From Sphyrna mokarran (taxonomy: Eukaryota): 64,000 nucleotides of DNA. Shown here piece after piece: positions 50,215-63,360 of this stretch. The position numbers were made by a program, and so were the translations under genes. The notes under the pieces were generated by a model, which saw only the letters and a program-made list of their open reading frames with translations, had not been told where the DNA came from and searched no databases. The stretch covers positions 10,850,001-10,914,000 of the forward strand of contig JAGIQG010000040.1 in assembly GCA_024679065.1 (NCBI GenBank). The letters run 5' to 3'. Each line of letters starts with the position of its first letter. Positions within the stretch are counted from its first letter, which is position 1.

Positions 50215-50495
50215 TGCTGTAGCGCACTGGTTCGTACTGCTGCCCCAAAGGGACTTGGTTCAATTCTGGCACCATGCGACTGTGTGGAGTTTGCACGTTT
50301 TCCCCATGTCTGCGTGGGTTTCCCCAGGGTGCTCCGGTTTCCTCCCACTGTTCAAAGATATGCAGGATAGGTCAATTGGTCATGTTTTAGTGACAGGGGA
50401 AGTTGCAGGGTAAATGTGTGGGATACAGGGACAAGGCATGGATGGGATTGTGGTTAGTGCAGACTTGATGGACCCAATGGCCTCTCGCTGTTCTG
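50215..50495 (+). mobile_element. V-SINE (HE1-like)
   Basis: tgtgtggagtttgcacgttttccccatgtctgcgtgggtttccccagggtgctccggtttcctccca. Confidence 0.85.
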
Positions 50496-50514
50496 CAGGG
50501 ACTTTACACACAAA

Positions 50515-50696
50515 CCTAAACATCTTTCAGTTGTTACAATCTGGGTCTTGTATCAGTAATCTCTGCCCTAAACCTCTCTCAGTTATTACAATCTGGGCCT
50601 TGCATCAGTAATTGCTGCCCTAAATCTCTCTCAGTTAGTACAATTTGGGCCTTGTATCAGTTGCCTTTGCCCTAAACCTTTCTCAGTTATTACAAT
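50515..50696. repeat. 52-bp minisatellite, about 3.5 copies
   Basis: cctaaacctctctcagttattacaatctgggccttgcatcagtaattgctgc units. Confidence 0.85.
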
Positions 50697-51453
50697 AGAC
50701 CTTAAGCAGAGGACACAGAGATTTAATATAATTGACAACAGAATTGAAGGGGGTGATAAGGAGATATTTTGTACACAATAATATGATCTCGAATGCACAA
50801 ACTGACAGGTGCTAGAATCAGGTTTAGTAGTAACTCTAAAAGGAAATTGGATAAATATTGACGGAGGTATGGTGAATGGGATTAATTCGATAGTTCACTC
50901 ATCTTTTTGATATTTCAAATGTTTCTCCCCTAAGGTTTTAATATTTGATCTTTTCAGTTCTGTGTCTGAAACTGAAGATTAAACCATTGTGTTTGATGAG
51001 TTATTAGATGTGTTTCCTACGTATCTGTGTAACTTGAGAATGGCAGATAACCATGAGAAGTTACTGATTATTTTCAGTTCCACTGACAGATACACTTCAG
51101 ATATCAGAAATCTCAGGAGATCTTCATGTCCTCATTATTCTCACCACAAATATAATAGCTCTGATTTATGCTGAGTCAGTCACGTGTCTCTATTATGATC
51201 TTTCCGCTTCTATTTTATCACTCACTTTCCAGTGTCATTCACCATAACACAGATATTTTAAAATATCATTGCTCCCTTACATTTTGTCCTCCTATTATAA
51301 TCGATTGTTTGTTGGGCCTCTTGTTTCCCTTAAGGTCAGATTACCTGCAGGTCAAATGACCTCAGTGATACTGAAACCAACCTTTGTGATTATTATTATA
51401 CCAGACTCCAATCAACCCCAGTTGTAAAATACAGGAGCTGCAGCTGTAAAATA

Positions 51454-51610
51454 CAGTAAGAAGTCTCACAACAACAGGTTTAAGTCCAAACAGTTTATTT
51501 GATAGTAAAACTTGTGGGAATACTATCAAATAAACTGGTTGAACTTAAACCTGTGTTGTGAAGACTTCTTACTGTGTTTACCCCAGTCCAATGCTGGCAT
51601 CTCTACGTCA
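51454..51610. mobile_element. Penelope-like inverted-repeat (hairpin) element
   Basis: Arms 51454-51507 and 51521-51574. Confidence 0.65.
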
Positions 51611-52009
51611 TGACTACCATCGACATTGTAAAATACAGCAGAATTGGAGTAACAGAGAGGTTATTGTTTGATAATGACAGTGGCAGAGTAACACACACCG
51701 GAATTTAAAAACATTATTTCAATAGACCATGACTCACTCAACCTATCAAATGAAACCTAAACTTTGGTTATGGTGCACTGGATACTGAGTATATTATCAT
51801 TACATTGGATCTAATGCTGTGCTCACTAACATACTGCAATGTAACTCTTATTATTTGAACAAACACTGTTTTATGTTGCACTCAGAGTGAGTCAGTGTTT
51901 TGCTGTGTTTTCTCTGTGCTCCATCTCCACTCTGATTGTACTACAGCCTGTGTGTATCATTGTTACACTGACACTTATTATTGGACAAGCAGCAAGTCAC
52001 CATCACGAT

Positions 52010-52430
52010 GCCAGGCTGATTGACGGCGGTAATTTCCAATGGAAAGATGGGGTAGTGCTGGAGGACTGAATGGGAGCGTTCGGTCCTCCAACCAATAGGA
52101 GCGAATGAGGGGTGTGTCCGTCTTTGACTGGAGCATGCGCACTATCAGTAATAGCAATGGAAAATGGCTTTCGTTTTGGGTTCGGAAATCTGTTAGAGGT
52201 GATTGACGGTACGGAGAGAGCAATGGGTCGCCCAAGTGGGTGTAAACACTGCGTAAGTATATGGAGTAAGCTTCAAACCGCGGAGCAGAGTTTCCCGGAC
52301 CCAGTTTGTACCGAGCAGGGCCAGAGCTCGTCAGGTTCGTCCGGGGTTAACGTTCGCCATCTTTATTGGGGGCAATGCGCAGCAGTGGGCACGCGCGGCC
52401 GCCCTGTTTGTAGGGGTAATGATGTCATGG
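52010..52430 (+). promoter_or_regulatory. CpG-rich promoter-like region related to the ZNF 5' region
   Basis: CCAAT, gcatgcgca, YY1-like cgccatcttt; 52341-52396 resembles reverse complement of 62311-62365. Confidence 0.5.
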
Positions 52431-53029
52431 AGTGGGAGGAGCTTGTTCCCCATTGTTCAGAATGGAGACAACTTGTCCATCAGACTGCATCAATCCTCTT
52501 GAGTCCCAATGTCTTATTGATGAGGCAGAGCGGTGACAGAGAAGGAAAAATAAAGGGGAAATAAAAGCAGCAAATGCTGGAAAATCTCAGCAGATCTGAT
52601 AGCATCTGTGGAGAGAGAATAGAACACTCTCTCCACTCACATTGTATGTACCTTTAAGACTTGATTACATGTAAAGATTCACATTCCAATCATTATTTTA
52701 TAAATTAAGTTTGTACCTTTATTTGCCTTGTTTGTGAACAGAACTCCCACTCACCTGATGAAGGAGCAGCACTCCGAAAGCTTGAGGATTTTGCTACCAC
52801 ATAAACCTGTTGGACTTCGATCTGATATAGTGAAAACCGTGTTTACCCCAGTCCAACACCGCATTTCCATATCAGAGAGAATAGAACCAATGTTTCGAGC
52901 CTGGATGACCCATAAAGCTCTGTGTAAACAGAGCATGTAAACTTCAACACCTCCAGGTACCTTTGTATACCTTTATCAATCTACTTTGGTCCAAGGAGAA
53001 CAACCCCAATTTATCTAAAAAGATAAAAG

Positions 53030-54692
53030 TGAAGGTAAGAGTTTTATAATTTTTCTTAAATAATTTAATTGGTGCTCGAAATGTCAGTCAGTGGGGTTAA
53101 GTGCTGCACTTGTGTGATGTGGGAAATCTGTGATGCTTCCAGCATCTAGGATGATTATGTCTACAGGAAATGCACCCGATTGCAGCTCCTTATGGATGGC
53201 ACAGATAGGTTGGAGCAGCAGTTGGATGCACTTAGCAGCATGAAAATGGCAGAAAGTGTCATAGACAGGAGCTTTAGAAACTTGGCCATGCCCAAGGTAC
53301 AGGCAGGTAGATGGGTGACTGCTAGAGGGGGCAGGCAGTCAGTGCAGGAATCCCCTGTGGCCATCTCCTTCTCTATCAAGTATACTGTTTTGGATACTGT
53401 TGGATGGGTATAGACTATCAGGGGATAAATACAGCAACCAGAGCCCTGGCACAACGACTGGCTTTGTTGTTAAGCAGGGAGGTACAAAGACCACTAGAGT
53501 AATAGTTATAAGGGGTTCTATCGTTAGGAGTGCAGATAAGTGTTTTGTGGGCATGAACGAGACTCCAGGATGTTATGTTGCCTCCCTGGTGTTAGAGTCC
53601 AGGAAGTCTCTAAAAGGGCAGAAAGCATTCTGAAGTGAGAGGGTGAACAGCCCAGTGGTCATGGTACATATTGGTACAAAGGTAGAGAGTGACGAGGTCT
53701 GCAACAGCAGTTAAGAGTTAGGTAGAAAGTTAAATAGCAGGACCTCTTGGGTTGTAAGCACAGGATTGCTCCCTGTGCCATCTATCCACTGAAATAGAAA
53801 AGAAATGGAACAAGAATGTAGGGTCAGTTAGACTTAGAAAGAACTGGGGGGAGTCTGGTGGATTGAAGTGCATTTGTTTCATTGTGAGAAGTGTAGCAGG
53901 TAAAGCAGATAAACTTATTGGATTAATACTTGGAACTATGAGGTTGTTCCTATTACAAATACTTTGTTAAGGGAAGGGCAGGATTGGCATCTTAATGTTC
54001 CAGGATACAGATGTTGCCAGCAGATGAGGGAGACGTAAAAAGGGATGGAGGAATTGTACTACTCGTTAAGGAGAATATCACAGCTGTACTGCAAGAGGTC
54101 ACCTCTGAAGGGGTCATATAGTGAGGCAAAATGGATAGAGCTCAGGAATAGGGATGGTGTAGTCACAATGATGGGGGTTCAATATAGGCCACCCAACTGC
54201 CAATGGGAGACAGAGGAACAGTTATGTAGATGAATTTTGGTAGGTGTAAAAGTAACAGGGTTGTTGCGGTGGGAGATTTTATCTTCCTCTATATTGACTG
54301 GGACTCACTTAATGCAAGGGGCATAAATGGGGCAGAGTTTGTAAGGAGCATCCAGGAGGGCTTCTTGAAACAGTTTGTAGACAGTCCAACTAGAGAAGGG
54401 GCCATACTGACCTGGTATTGGCAAATGAGCCTGGCAGGTGGTCGACATTTCAGCAGGAGAGCAGTTTGGGAACAGTGACCACAATTCAGTCAGTTTTAAG
54501 ATACTGATGGATAAAAGTGTAGTCCTCAAGTGAAGATACTAAATTAGGAGAATTACAACAATATTAGGCAGGAACTGAAGAATGTAGATTGGGAGCTGAT
54601 GTTTGGGGGCAAATCAACACCTGGTATGTGGGAGGCTTTAAAGTGAGAGTTGATAGGTATTTGGATTGGCACTTTCCAGCAAGGATGAAGGA
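53030..54692 (+). mobile_element. CR1 5' portion: ORF1 (zinc finger/coiled coil/esterase) and ORF2 endonuclease, degenerate
   Basis: DRLEQQLDAL..WVTAR..VIVIRGSIVR; YRPPN, VGDF, FLKQFVDSPTR. Confidence 0.85.
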
Positions 54693-55590
54693 TAGAAGCA
54701 TAGAAGGAGGAGGCCATTTGACCGTTCAAGCCTGCTCTGCCATTCATCACGATCATGGCTGATCATCCAACTCAATAGCCTAATACTGCCTTTTCCCCAT
54801 AACCTTTGATTCCATTCACCCCAAATACTATATCCAGCCATCTCTTCAATACATTCAATGTTTTGGCATTCACTGCTTTTTGGGTGAAGAAATGCCTCTT
54901 CATCTCCATCATAAATAGTCTACCCTGAACTCTTAGACTGTGACCCCTGGTTCTGGACTCCCCCACCATTGGGAATATCCTCCTGCATCCGCCTATGTCT
55001 CGTCCGTTTAGAATTTTATAAGTCTGTATGAGATCCCTCCTCATTTGTCTGAATTGCAGCAAAACAATCCTATCCTAGTCAATCTCTCCTCCTATGTCAG
55101 TTCAGCCATTCCCAGAAGCAACTTGGTAAACCTTTGCTGCACTCCCTCGAGAGCAAGAACATCCTTTCTCAGAAAAGGAGACCAAAATTGCACACAGCAC
55201 TCTAGGTGTGGCCTCACCAAGGCTCGGTATAATTGCAACAACACATCCCTGCTCCTATACTCAACCTCTTGCAATGAAGGCCAACATGCCATTTGCCTTC
55301 TTTACTGCTTGCTGCACCTGCACACTTACCTGCAGTGACTGGTGCACAAGGACAAACCAGATCCCTCTCCCAATTTACAAACATTCAGGTAGTAATTTGC
55401 CTTCTTGTTTTGGCTTCCAAAGTGAATAACCTCACATTTATCCAAATTATCCTGCATCTGCCATTGATTAGCCCACACACCCAACCTGTCCAGATCATTC
55501 TGAAGGATCTCCGCATCACAGTTCACCCTCTCACCCAACTTGGTATCACCTGGAAACTTTGAGATGTTACATTTTGTTGCCTCATCCAAA
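54693..55590 (-). mobile_element. 5'-truncated CR1 LINE
   Basis: ISKFPGDTKLG, LVRPHLECCVQFWSP, RTRGHSLR; tail at 54693. Confidence 0.88.
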
Positions 55591-55914
55591 TAATTAATAG
55601 CAAGAAACTGTTTTTGAGTTGGTACATGTCCTCAGACTTTTGTATCTTTTACTTGCCTGAAGAAGGTAGAAGAGAATATATCTAGTGTGGGGATGGGATG
55701 GAGGGGTACTTAATTATGAGGCTATTTTTCCAAGGCAATAGGAAGTGTAGACAGCGTCAGTGAATGGGAGGCTGGTTTTAGTGATGGACTGGGCTTTGTT
55801 CACGACCTGAATGTGTCTGTGTGCACACTTAGAGGTTGATCTAAGGAATTTTCACAGTAAGGTAATTGTATTGTTGATGTAAGCCTACTTGTGACACAAT
55901 AAACAAGCTTAAAC

Positions 55915-56125
55915 TTATCTACAAACTATCGTTGATGCACCCACTGAGGCATGTGAGAGAATGGGCCCCCGATGAAACATCCGGGAAACAAAGGTTCTCT
56001 CTCAGCCCACTCCTACTTCCATCCCTGACCACATCAAAATCCATGGTGAGCCCCTGGAGAATGTGGATCATTACCCACACTGTGGGAGCCTCTTGTCAGC
56101 ATACGCAGACATCGGCGATGGAGTC
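55915..56125 (+). mobile_element. RTE-type LINE fragment
   Basis: IKIHGEPLENVDHYPHCGSLLS resembles RTE LE.V..F.YLGS. Confidence 0.5.
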
Positions 56126-56171
56126 ACTGCTGGATTTCAATGTTAAATCCAACTGATTTATTTGATAGTAA

Positions 56172-56213
56172 ATTTGCGAGCTTTCGACACTCTTGTGCCT
56201 TCGTCAGGCAAAT
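56172..56213 (-). ncRNA. Minimal type I hammerhead ribozyme (Penelope-associated)
   Basis: ATTTGC-CTGACGA-A-GGCAC-AAGA-GTGTC-GAAA-GC-TC-GCAAAT. Confidence 0.7.
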
Positions 56214-58034
56214 GCAGTGTTCTGGTCTGCAATCGCAAACATATCAACACAGACAGTCACAGATTGCTGATTAGAATGTGAATCCTTACATCTAACCTGC
56301 TATTCAAGTGTTAAAGTGGCTAACAATGTGTGTGAAGGGAATCCTGAACATTGGTTAGAGAATTGTGTATTTTCTCCAGACAGCACAGTAAGTGAGGTTT
56401 TTTGCTAACCCAGGCAAGTTACGGGGGTTACAGATAGTGTGTCATGAAGCCAAGATCCCTATTAATGCTTCATGACACACTATTGAGTTACCGTTACGAC
56501 CTGTAAATTTTTGTTCTTTATCTGAAGTTGAGGTGACAATGAGAGAATTCTCAGTTATTCCAAATTCCTCCAGGTTACATTTAAAATTTCCAGAGTTAAC
56601 TGGTTCGAATAAAGATACAATTATAAACTAAAACAGAGACGCGTTTCCAAGTGACTTAAAAACAAATTGACTGATTGCTGAAAGGGTTAACTTCTCTACA
56701 GAGCCTATAGGAGTGGGGAATGAGCAGAAAAAACTTGCATAATTATAGCATTTTACATAATTTTAAAAAACTTTTCTAACAAAACAGACTTCATTTTAAA
56801 CTTCATCTATTCATTTTTTATTACATTCTTCAACCTAATCGTTGTAATTGATCAGTTATTGTTAGGGATGGGTAACTTCTATGCTTTACTCCATTTTGTT
56901 AATTCTACACAGGCTCAGAGAATCAGAAGCCAGACTTTTTCATTCTTATCCTTTTTTTCCCCTCTCCCATCACTCTCTCTATTTTGGGAGAGGGTCCTGA
57001 GGATTCCAAACCTCATTTTATCATAAAAAAGTGAAATACTGCAGATGCTGGAATCAAACAAAAACACAAAACACAGCTCTGACAGCATCTGTGGAGAGAG
57101 AATAGAGCCAATGTCTCGAGTCTGGATAACCCTTTATCAGAGCTCTTATGAAGTGTCATTCAGACTCGAAATGGCTCTACTCTCAAATCATTTTATCGAT
57201 AGGTTGTGTGTTCTTAGTTTCCAAACGACAGGTAAGAGACCTATCCGGATCCCACTCAAGCTCTGATTTTTCACTGGCCATGATGGGGTAAGATAATAAC
57301 CATTCGGATCTACTCTCAGAGGGTCCGCTTTTCAGTCCGGTGCTACTTGGAGAATACCATCACTTCACTGACTATCAGATCACAAATCAGTCACAGTTTT
57401 TATCACAAGTTTAGGATAAATTAATTTAAACAATGCCTGAGAACACATCTTGATTTCTTAACCAACTACTTCCCACTGTTTGTTGATTTGTCAGACTCCC
57501 CTTTTTACAAATTCAGGAAAAACATCTGCTTAACACCAGCTGGTCCTTGGATAAGTTTAATTCCAACTCATTCCCAGTAAATATTCTCACTGGGTCCTCC
57601 CTGGAGGCCCTGCTAAGCAGCGTTAATGGTCTGTAATTACAGAAACTGAGCAGTCACAGGAATGTGGTCAAGACAGTCCAGTCTCATAATGCCTCACATT
57701 CAATCTGCAGTCCTTCAATTATAACAGAATATGTGGCTGTGTGTAGCTGCCTCGGCCATGGTCAACCCCAACACTGCCTTCCTGTACTACTACAATGCCT
57801 GTAAATACATCCACAGTGCTGTCAGGGAGTGATTTCCAGATACATATTCCAGACTTTCACTAACTGTAGGTGGATACCAGATTGATATATTCCATTCAAC
57901 CATATCCAAACTGCGTTACCCAATTTCATTATTGTCCAGGACAATGTATTCACAATATCTTTAAAACAGAAATTCAACATTCCCATTCAGTTTCAGGTAT
58001 TACAATATTTTGTTAGTTTGTTCTTTATTGTCGA

Positions 58035-58325
58035 TGTCAGGCTGGGATGGTTCCCCTTGGAGCAAAGGAGGTTGAAGGGAGATTTGATAGAGGTGGACAA
58101 GAATCTGACAGGTTTAGATAAGGTGGACAAAGAAAAGCTGTTTCCATTAGCTGATAGGGCAAGGACAAGAGGGGACCCAGTATTAAGATTTGAGTCAGAG
58201 ATACAGGGGGAGGAACATGAGGAAGAATATTTCGCTGCAGCGAATGGTATTGACTTGGAACCTGCTCCCTACGAGGGTGGAGGAAGTGAAAATAATCAAA
58301 GGAAATTGGATAGGCATTTGTGTGT
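58035..58325 (+). mobile_element. CR1 3' fragment
   Basis: LEQRRLKGDLIEV..RTRG..WNLLP. Confidence 0.75.
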
Positions 58326-58598
58326 GTGGCGGGATGGGTGGGCGGAGAGGGGGCAGTGTTTCAGACAGAATATCTCAGACCTTCCTAATCCTCAGTCACC
58401 CTGTGATCCTTATGAAATTTAAAACCAGGTATTCACAACAAGACTCAAAGAGCATCAGCCTACTGGAGGCAAAGTCAAGAGATTGGTCAGTCCAACAGAA
58501 AGAAACCCTTCGCATTGATCAACTGTGAGAATGAACAAAATGCAGTCCCGGATGTAACTGAGAACTGAAACAATAACAGCAGAATCCAACCCTGAATA

Positions 58599-59189
58599 TC
58601 ACTCGTGAACTTGTTGGTGTCTCAGCAGCTGGGGTGAAACTCTGAATCCCTTTCCACACTGAGAGTAGGTGAATGGCCTCTCCCCACTGTGAATTTGCTG
58701 GTGTCTCTGCAGGATGGATGCTTGACTGAATCCCTTTCCATGCTGAAAGCAGGTGAACAGCCTCTCCCCGGTGTGAATTCGCTGGTGTATCTGCAAGTTG
58801 GATGACCAAGTGAATCTCTTCCCACACTGAGAGCAGGTGAACGGTCTCTCCCCAGTGTGAATTCGCTGGTGTATCTGCAAGTTGAATGACCGAGTGAATC
58901 TCTTCCCACACTGAGAGCAGGTGAACAGCCTCTCCCCAGTGTGAATTCGCTGGTGCTTCTGCAGGCTGGATGACCAAATGAATCCCTCCCCACACTGTGA
59001 ACAGGTGAACGGCTTCTCCCCACTGTGAACAAGCTTGTGTAATTGCAGGTGCTGGAACCGAATGAATCCCTTCCCACACTGAGAACAAGTGAATGGCCTT
59101 TCCCCAGTGTGGCTGCGCAGATGAGCATCCAGCAGAGAGGGTATACTGTATCTCTTTCCACAGTCAGCACATTTCCATGGTTTCTCCAT
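58599..59189 (-). CDS. C2H2 zinc-finger protein (gastrula ZF/XlCGF-like), 7 fingers, 5 intact
   Basis: MEKPWKC start, HTGERPF linkers; likely exon acceptor at 59512; no KRAB seen. Confidence 0.85.
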   Translation of the reverse strand: MEKPWKCADCGKRYSIPSLLDAHLRSHTGERPFTCSQCGKGFIRFQHLQLHKLVHSGEKPFTCSQCGEGFIWSSSLQKHQRIHTGERLFTCSQCGKRFTRSFNLQIHQRIHTGERPFTCSQCGKRFTWSSNLQIHQRIHTGERLFTCFQHGKGFSQASILQRHQQIHSGERPFTYSQCGKGFRVSPQLLRHQQVHE

Positions 59190-60737
59190 GGGGCAGGTGT
59201 CCTTGTCTCTCACTTGGGTGGACAATCAGTTGAAGCCTCACCCACACACACAACATGTGTCTAGTCTCTCCCTGCTGTGAATGGTGTGGTATTTATTCAG
59301 TGTAACTGGTCAAAGCTCTTCAGTCAGTGCACTGGAACACTCTCACTTGAGTGTGGCAGAGTGTTGGTGCTTTTCCAGTCACACTGATGTTTAAAATCTT
59401 TTCAAATCTTCCAGATTCAACGGCCAATGATATTCAGGTGCTAAGGAATATGACTCTGCCAGATCTAGATGTGATGGTTGAGATTTCAGCTTGCGATTCC
59501 TCTTTCAATATCCTGTAAAGTAAGTTGACACAAGTCATCAATGTTAGCACAGGATTGAAATTCAGAACAAACAATTGTACTTTGTATGGAATTTTTTTGC
59601 TCTCCCATTCCTCAAAAGCTGTAAATCCCCATCCCACATTCTCACTCCAATCTCACTCTGCTGTATCTAATATTCGCCCTCCCAATTCTCCTGAAGGTGC
59701 TGATTGACAGATCCACGCTCAATGCTTCCTGTCCTGGACAGAGAGCTGAAAATCCCCATGACGCTGCCAGATCGATCTATACACATACGACTGGAATAAA
59801 AATGTGTGGAATGTAAGACTGGATTCACTTTCTTTTTCTTCGGTTGCTGCAAATCCCCAGTTTCCCCCAGAATGAGAAAAGAAGTGGAAAGGGGGAAACA
59901 CTGACTTCCTCCCAGATGTTGCACGGAGGAGCAAATTTCATTCTGAAGCTCACTGGCCAATTTCCGCATTATGATTCTCTCAAAGACATTGACATCCTTT
60001 GGTCCCTCAGCTTGATACATTTATTTGTCTGGCTAAAAGGATGGTCTCTTTCCTAATGTTCACAATTAAAGAGCTGGTTTCCCTCAGAGATGGCTGACAT
60101 TTAAATTATTAAAATAATAAATTATTATAGGACAGAGATATGCCAAGTGTTGTTATACTATGGATCTGACATTATTTATGGTTCTGTAACAAAGTCCATT
60201 TATTCTTTCTTGTCTTGTAATGAGGCAATGTAGTTCTGTAATATATTTCCATTCAGAGTCATTACAGCACAGAAGGAATCCATTCAGTAACTCAAGTCCA
60301 TGCTGACTTCTGTCGAACAATCCAGTCAATCCCATTCCCCTTCTTCGTTCCCTTTCCCCTGCAAGTTTATTTCCTACGTGTGCCCATCTCATTTCTGAAA
60401 TATATTAAAGGGGACAGTATACTAATATAGAACAGCGACATGTCTGATATTGTTATATGGTAGAGATTAGAGATATTATTTATGGCTCGGTATTAAAATG
60501 CACTTATCTTGTTCTGTAACACTGGATTGGAACTAATTATATATTTGCACAAATCCCTTCCCTCAGACAATTGTTAATATCTGGCTTTGTCTGCCATGGA
60601 GCATTGAATATCTTCAAGGATAACTTAAGACTGTTTTTGAATGACAAGGGAGTCAAGACTTATTGGAACAGGCTGGAAAATGGAGACAAAGCTCAGATGA
60701 GGAAGGATTTCTTCACTCAAGGATGTGATGAAGTTTT

Positions 60738-61912
60738 AGAACATAGAACATTACAGCGCAGTACAGGCCCTTCGGCCCTCAATGCTGTGCCGACCAATGG
60801 AGAAAAAGCAATAACCCTCTAACATAAACCATTCCATTTTCATCCATAAACCTATCCAGTGACCACTTAAACACCCCCAAACTTGGCGCATCTACAACTG
60901 CTGCAGGCAGGGCATTCCATGCCCTCACCACCTCTGGGTAAAGAACCTATCTCTGACATCCGTCCTATAACTACCACCCCTTAATTTAAAGCTATGTCCC
61001 CTTGTGCTAATCTTCTCCATCCGAGGAAAAAGGCGATCACTGTCCACCCTGTCTAATCCTCTGATCATCTTATATACCACAATAAGGTCACCGCTTAGCC
61101 ACCTTCTCTCCAATGAAAATAACCTCAAATCCCTCAGCCGTTCCTCATAAGACCTTCCCTCCATACCAGGCAACATCCTGGTAAACCTCCTCTGCACCCT
61201 CTCCAATGCTTCCACAATGTACACAATACTCCAAGTGTGGCCACACCAGAGTTTTGTACAGTTGCAACTCTGAAATTCAATCCCCCTACCAATAAAAGCC
61301 AAGACTCCGTATGCCTTCTTAACAACCTTATCAACTTGATTGCCAACTTTCAGGGATCTATGCACATGTACACCAAGATCCCTCTGTTCATCAACACTAT
61401 TAAGAGTCCTACCATTAGCCCTATACTCTACACATTTGTTATTCCTGCCAAAGTGAATTACATCACACTTTTCCACATTAAACTCCATTTGCCACCTCTC
61501 GGCCCAGCTCTGCAACTTGTCCAAGTCTCTCTGCAAAATATAACACCCCTCTTCACTATCTACCACTCCACCGACTTTAGTGTCATCTGCAAATTTACTA
61601 ATCCATCCTTCAATACCCTCATCCAGATCATTTATAAAAATTACAAACAGCAGGGGCCCCAAAACAGATCCCTGAGGTACACCACTTGTCACCGAACTCC
61701 ATGATGAATAATTCCCATCAACCACCACCCTCTGTCTTCTATCAGCTAGCCAATTCCTATTCCAATTGGCTAAATCACCCTCAATCCCATACATCTGCAT
61801 TTTCTGCAGAAGCCTTCCATGGGGAACCTTATCGAACACCTTATTAAAGTCCATATATACCATGTCAACTGCCTTACCCTTATCCATCTCTTTGGTCACC
61901 TTTTCAAAAAAC
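60738..61912 (-). mobile_element. 5'-truncated young CR1 LINE
   Basis: 324-aa RT ORF ([29 protein letters not shown]); AGAACAT tail; same subfamily as 1934-2940. Confidence 0.93.
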
Positions 61913-62304
61913 TCCTTTTGGATTTTTTATTTTTGCAAATTGCATCCCTTTTTTTGCAAATCCTTCCATGACATTATTGTTTCCTACTTCCACTCACACA
62001 AGTGTTTGGATCTTTTTTCTACAGACACACTTACATTCAGGTTCTGATGAATGGAATGGACTCTGTCAGGTTTTGATCTGATGTCTGGTTTGAGTTTCCC
62101 TTCAAATTTTGTCATCAAATTTCCTGTAAAAAAGATCATCACCGTCAGTCAAGAATAAAAATTAAGCGAGAAACATTTCTCTTGGGTTGGGTTTTGTGTG
62201 TGTAAATCCTCCCCCCTCTAACTCCCTGTAAAAGGAGTTTCCAAACTCCATCACTGTCAGTCCAGGATAGAAATTCACAACATTCTCTCCTCCTGCTGGA
62301 AGGG

Positions 62305-62605
62305 AGCACCGCGCATGCGCACTGCTGCCCACCTCCCCGTAAAGATGGCGGCCGTTAATTCGGGGCCTCCAACTCAGGAATCTGTGGTCGCCGCCCCGAA
62401 TGGTACGAACGCGGCACCGAACAGTTATTATTCGGGTTTTCCTGTCTGTATTGGGAGCTTATGAAGTCTCTCCATCCGCCCCGCCGCCTCCATTACCCTC
62501 CACAATAAGCCGTTTCCTTGGAAACCCGGGGCCGATAAACCGCCTCGCTGCAGCAGCAAAACTCACTGCGCATGCGCCTTAGATCTACAGTGCGCATGCG
62601 CAAAG
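62305..62605 (-). promoter_or_regulatory. CpG-island promoter / first non-coding exon of the ZNF gene
   Basis: Three NRF1-type GCGCATGCGC (62311, 62568, 62592), YY1 AAGATGGCGGC (62342), minus-strand gtgagt donor 62561-62566. Confidence 0.65.
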
Positions 62606-63096
62606 TCTGTTAAGCGGATAGACCATATTCTCATTCGCTGTGAATGCTGGGTAAGATAGCCACCATTGGAGTGAGTTATTGCATAAAAATAATCATGTTT
62701 TGTGATTCAATTACGACCGAAGCCAAACCACCAGGTATACAATTTGAATAACTAAATAAATAGCTAAATATCAGTAAGCACTACAGCTCTGTCCTGACTA
62801 ATTAATTGCAAAACAATGTCAACACCTGAAGATGAACTCCTTAAGGTGTCAATTGGTGTAATGAACTCCCCTCTCCACACACACACAGACTTGACAACAA
62901 GAGTGAACTCATGGTTGATCAAATCCTTTGAACTTTTAAATATGTTACAGAAGGGCAAAATGAATAAATCTATTTACACACATATCTGAATGGTTTCTTT
63001 CTGGTATGGCTCTGCTGCTGTAAATAGGATAACTGACCACTGACATTCCAGAACTGATTGGGTCAGCACTGCCTTATTTTCAAAAACAATGTTGAG

Positions 63097-63360
63097 GGAC
63101 AGCACAGTGGTTAGCACTGATGTCGCACAGCACCAGGGACCAAGGTTCTATTCACAGCTCGAGTCACTATTTGTGTGGACTTTGGGTTTCCCCTAGGCAC
63201 TCTGGTTTCCTCCCATTGTCCAAAGATATACTGGTTAGGTGGATTGGATATGCTAAAAATTGTTAGGGGGACCAGCTAGAGTTAATGCATGGGTTATGAA
63301 GATAGGCCATGGGTGGGATTGTGGTTGGTCCCGACTTGATGGGCTGAATGGCATTCTTAA
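63097..63360 (+). mobile_element. V-SINE (HE1-like)
   Basis: gcacagtggttagcactgatgtcgcacagcaccagggac head plus core. Confidence 0.8.

Noticed and set aside
50515-50696. CRISPR-like periodicity
   Set aside because: Plain tandem units without unique spacers, in vertebrate DNA
58519-59170. Long alternative-frame ORFs over the ZNF and antisense ORFs over the GPCRs and CR1s
   Set aside because: Shadow frames of the real coding sequence
60925-61899. 324-aa reverse transcriptase ORF as a host gene
   Set aside because: 5'-truncated CR1 with internal deletions and a typical tail
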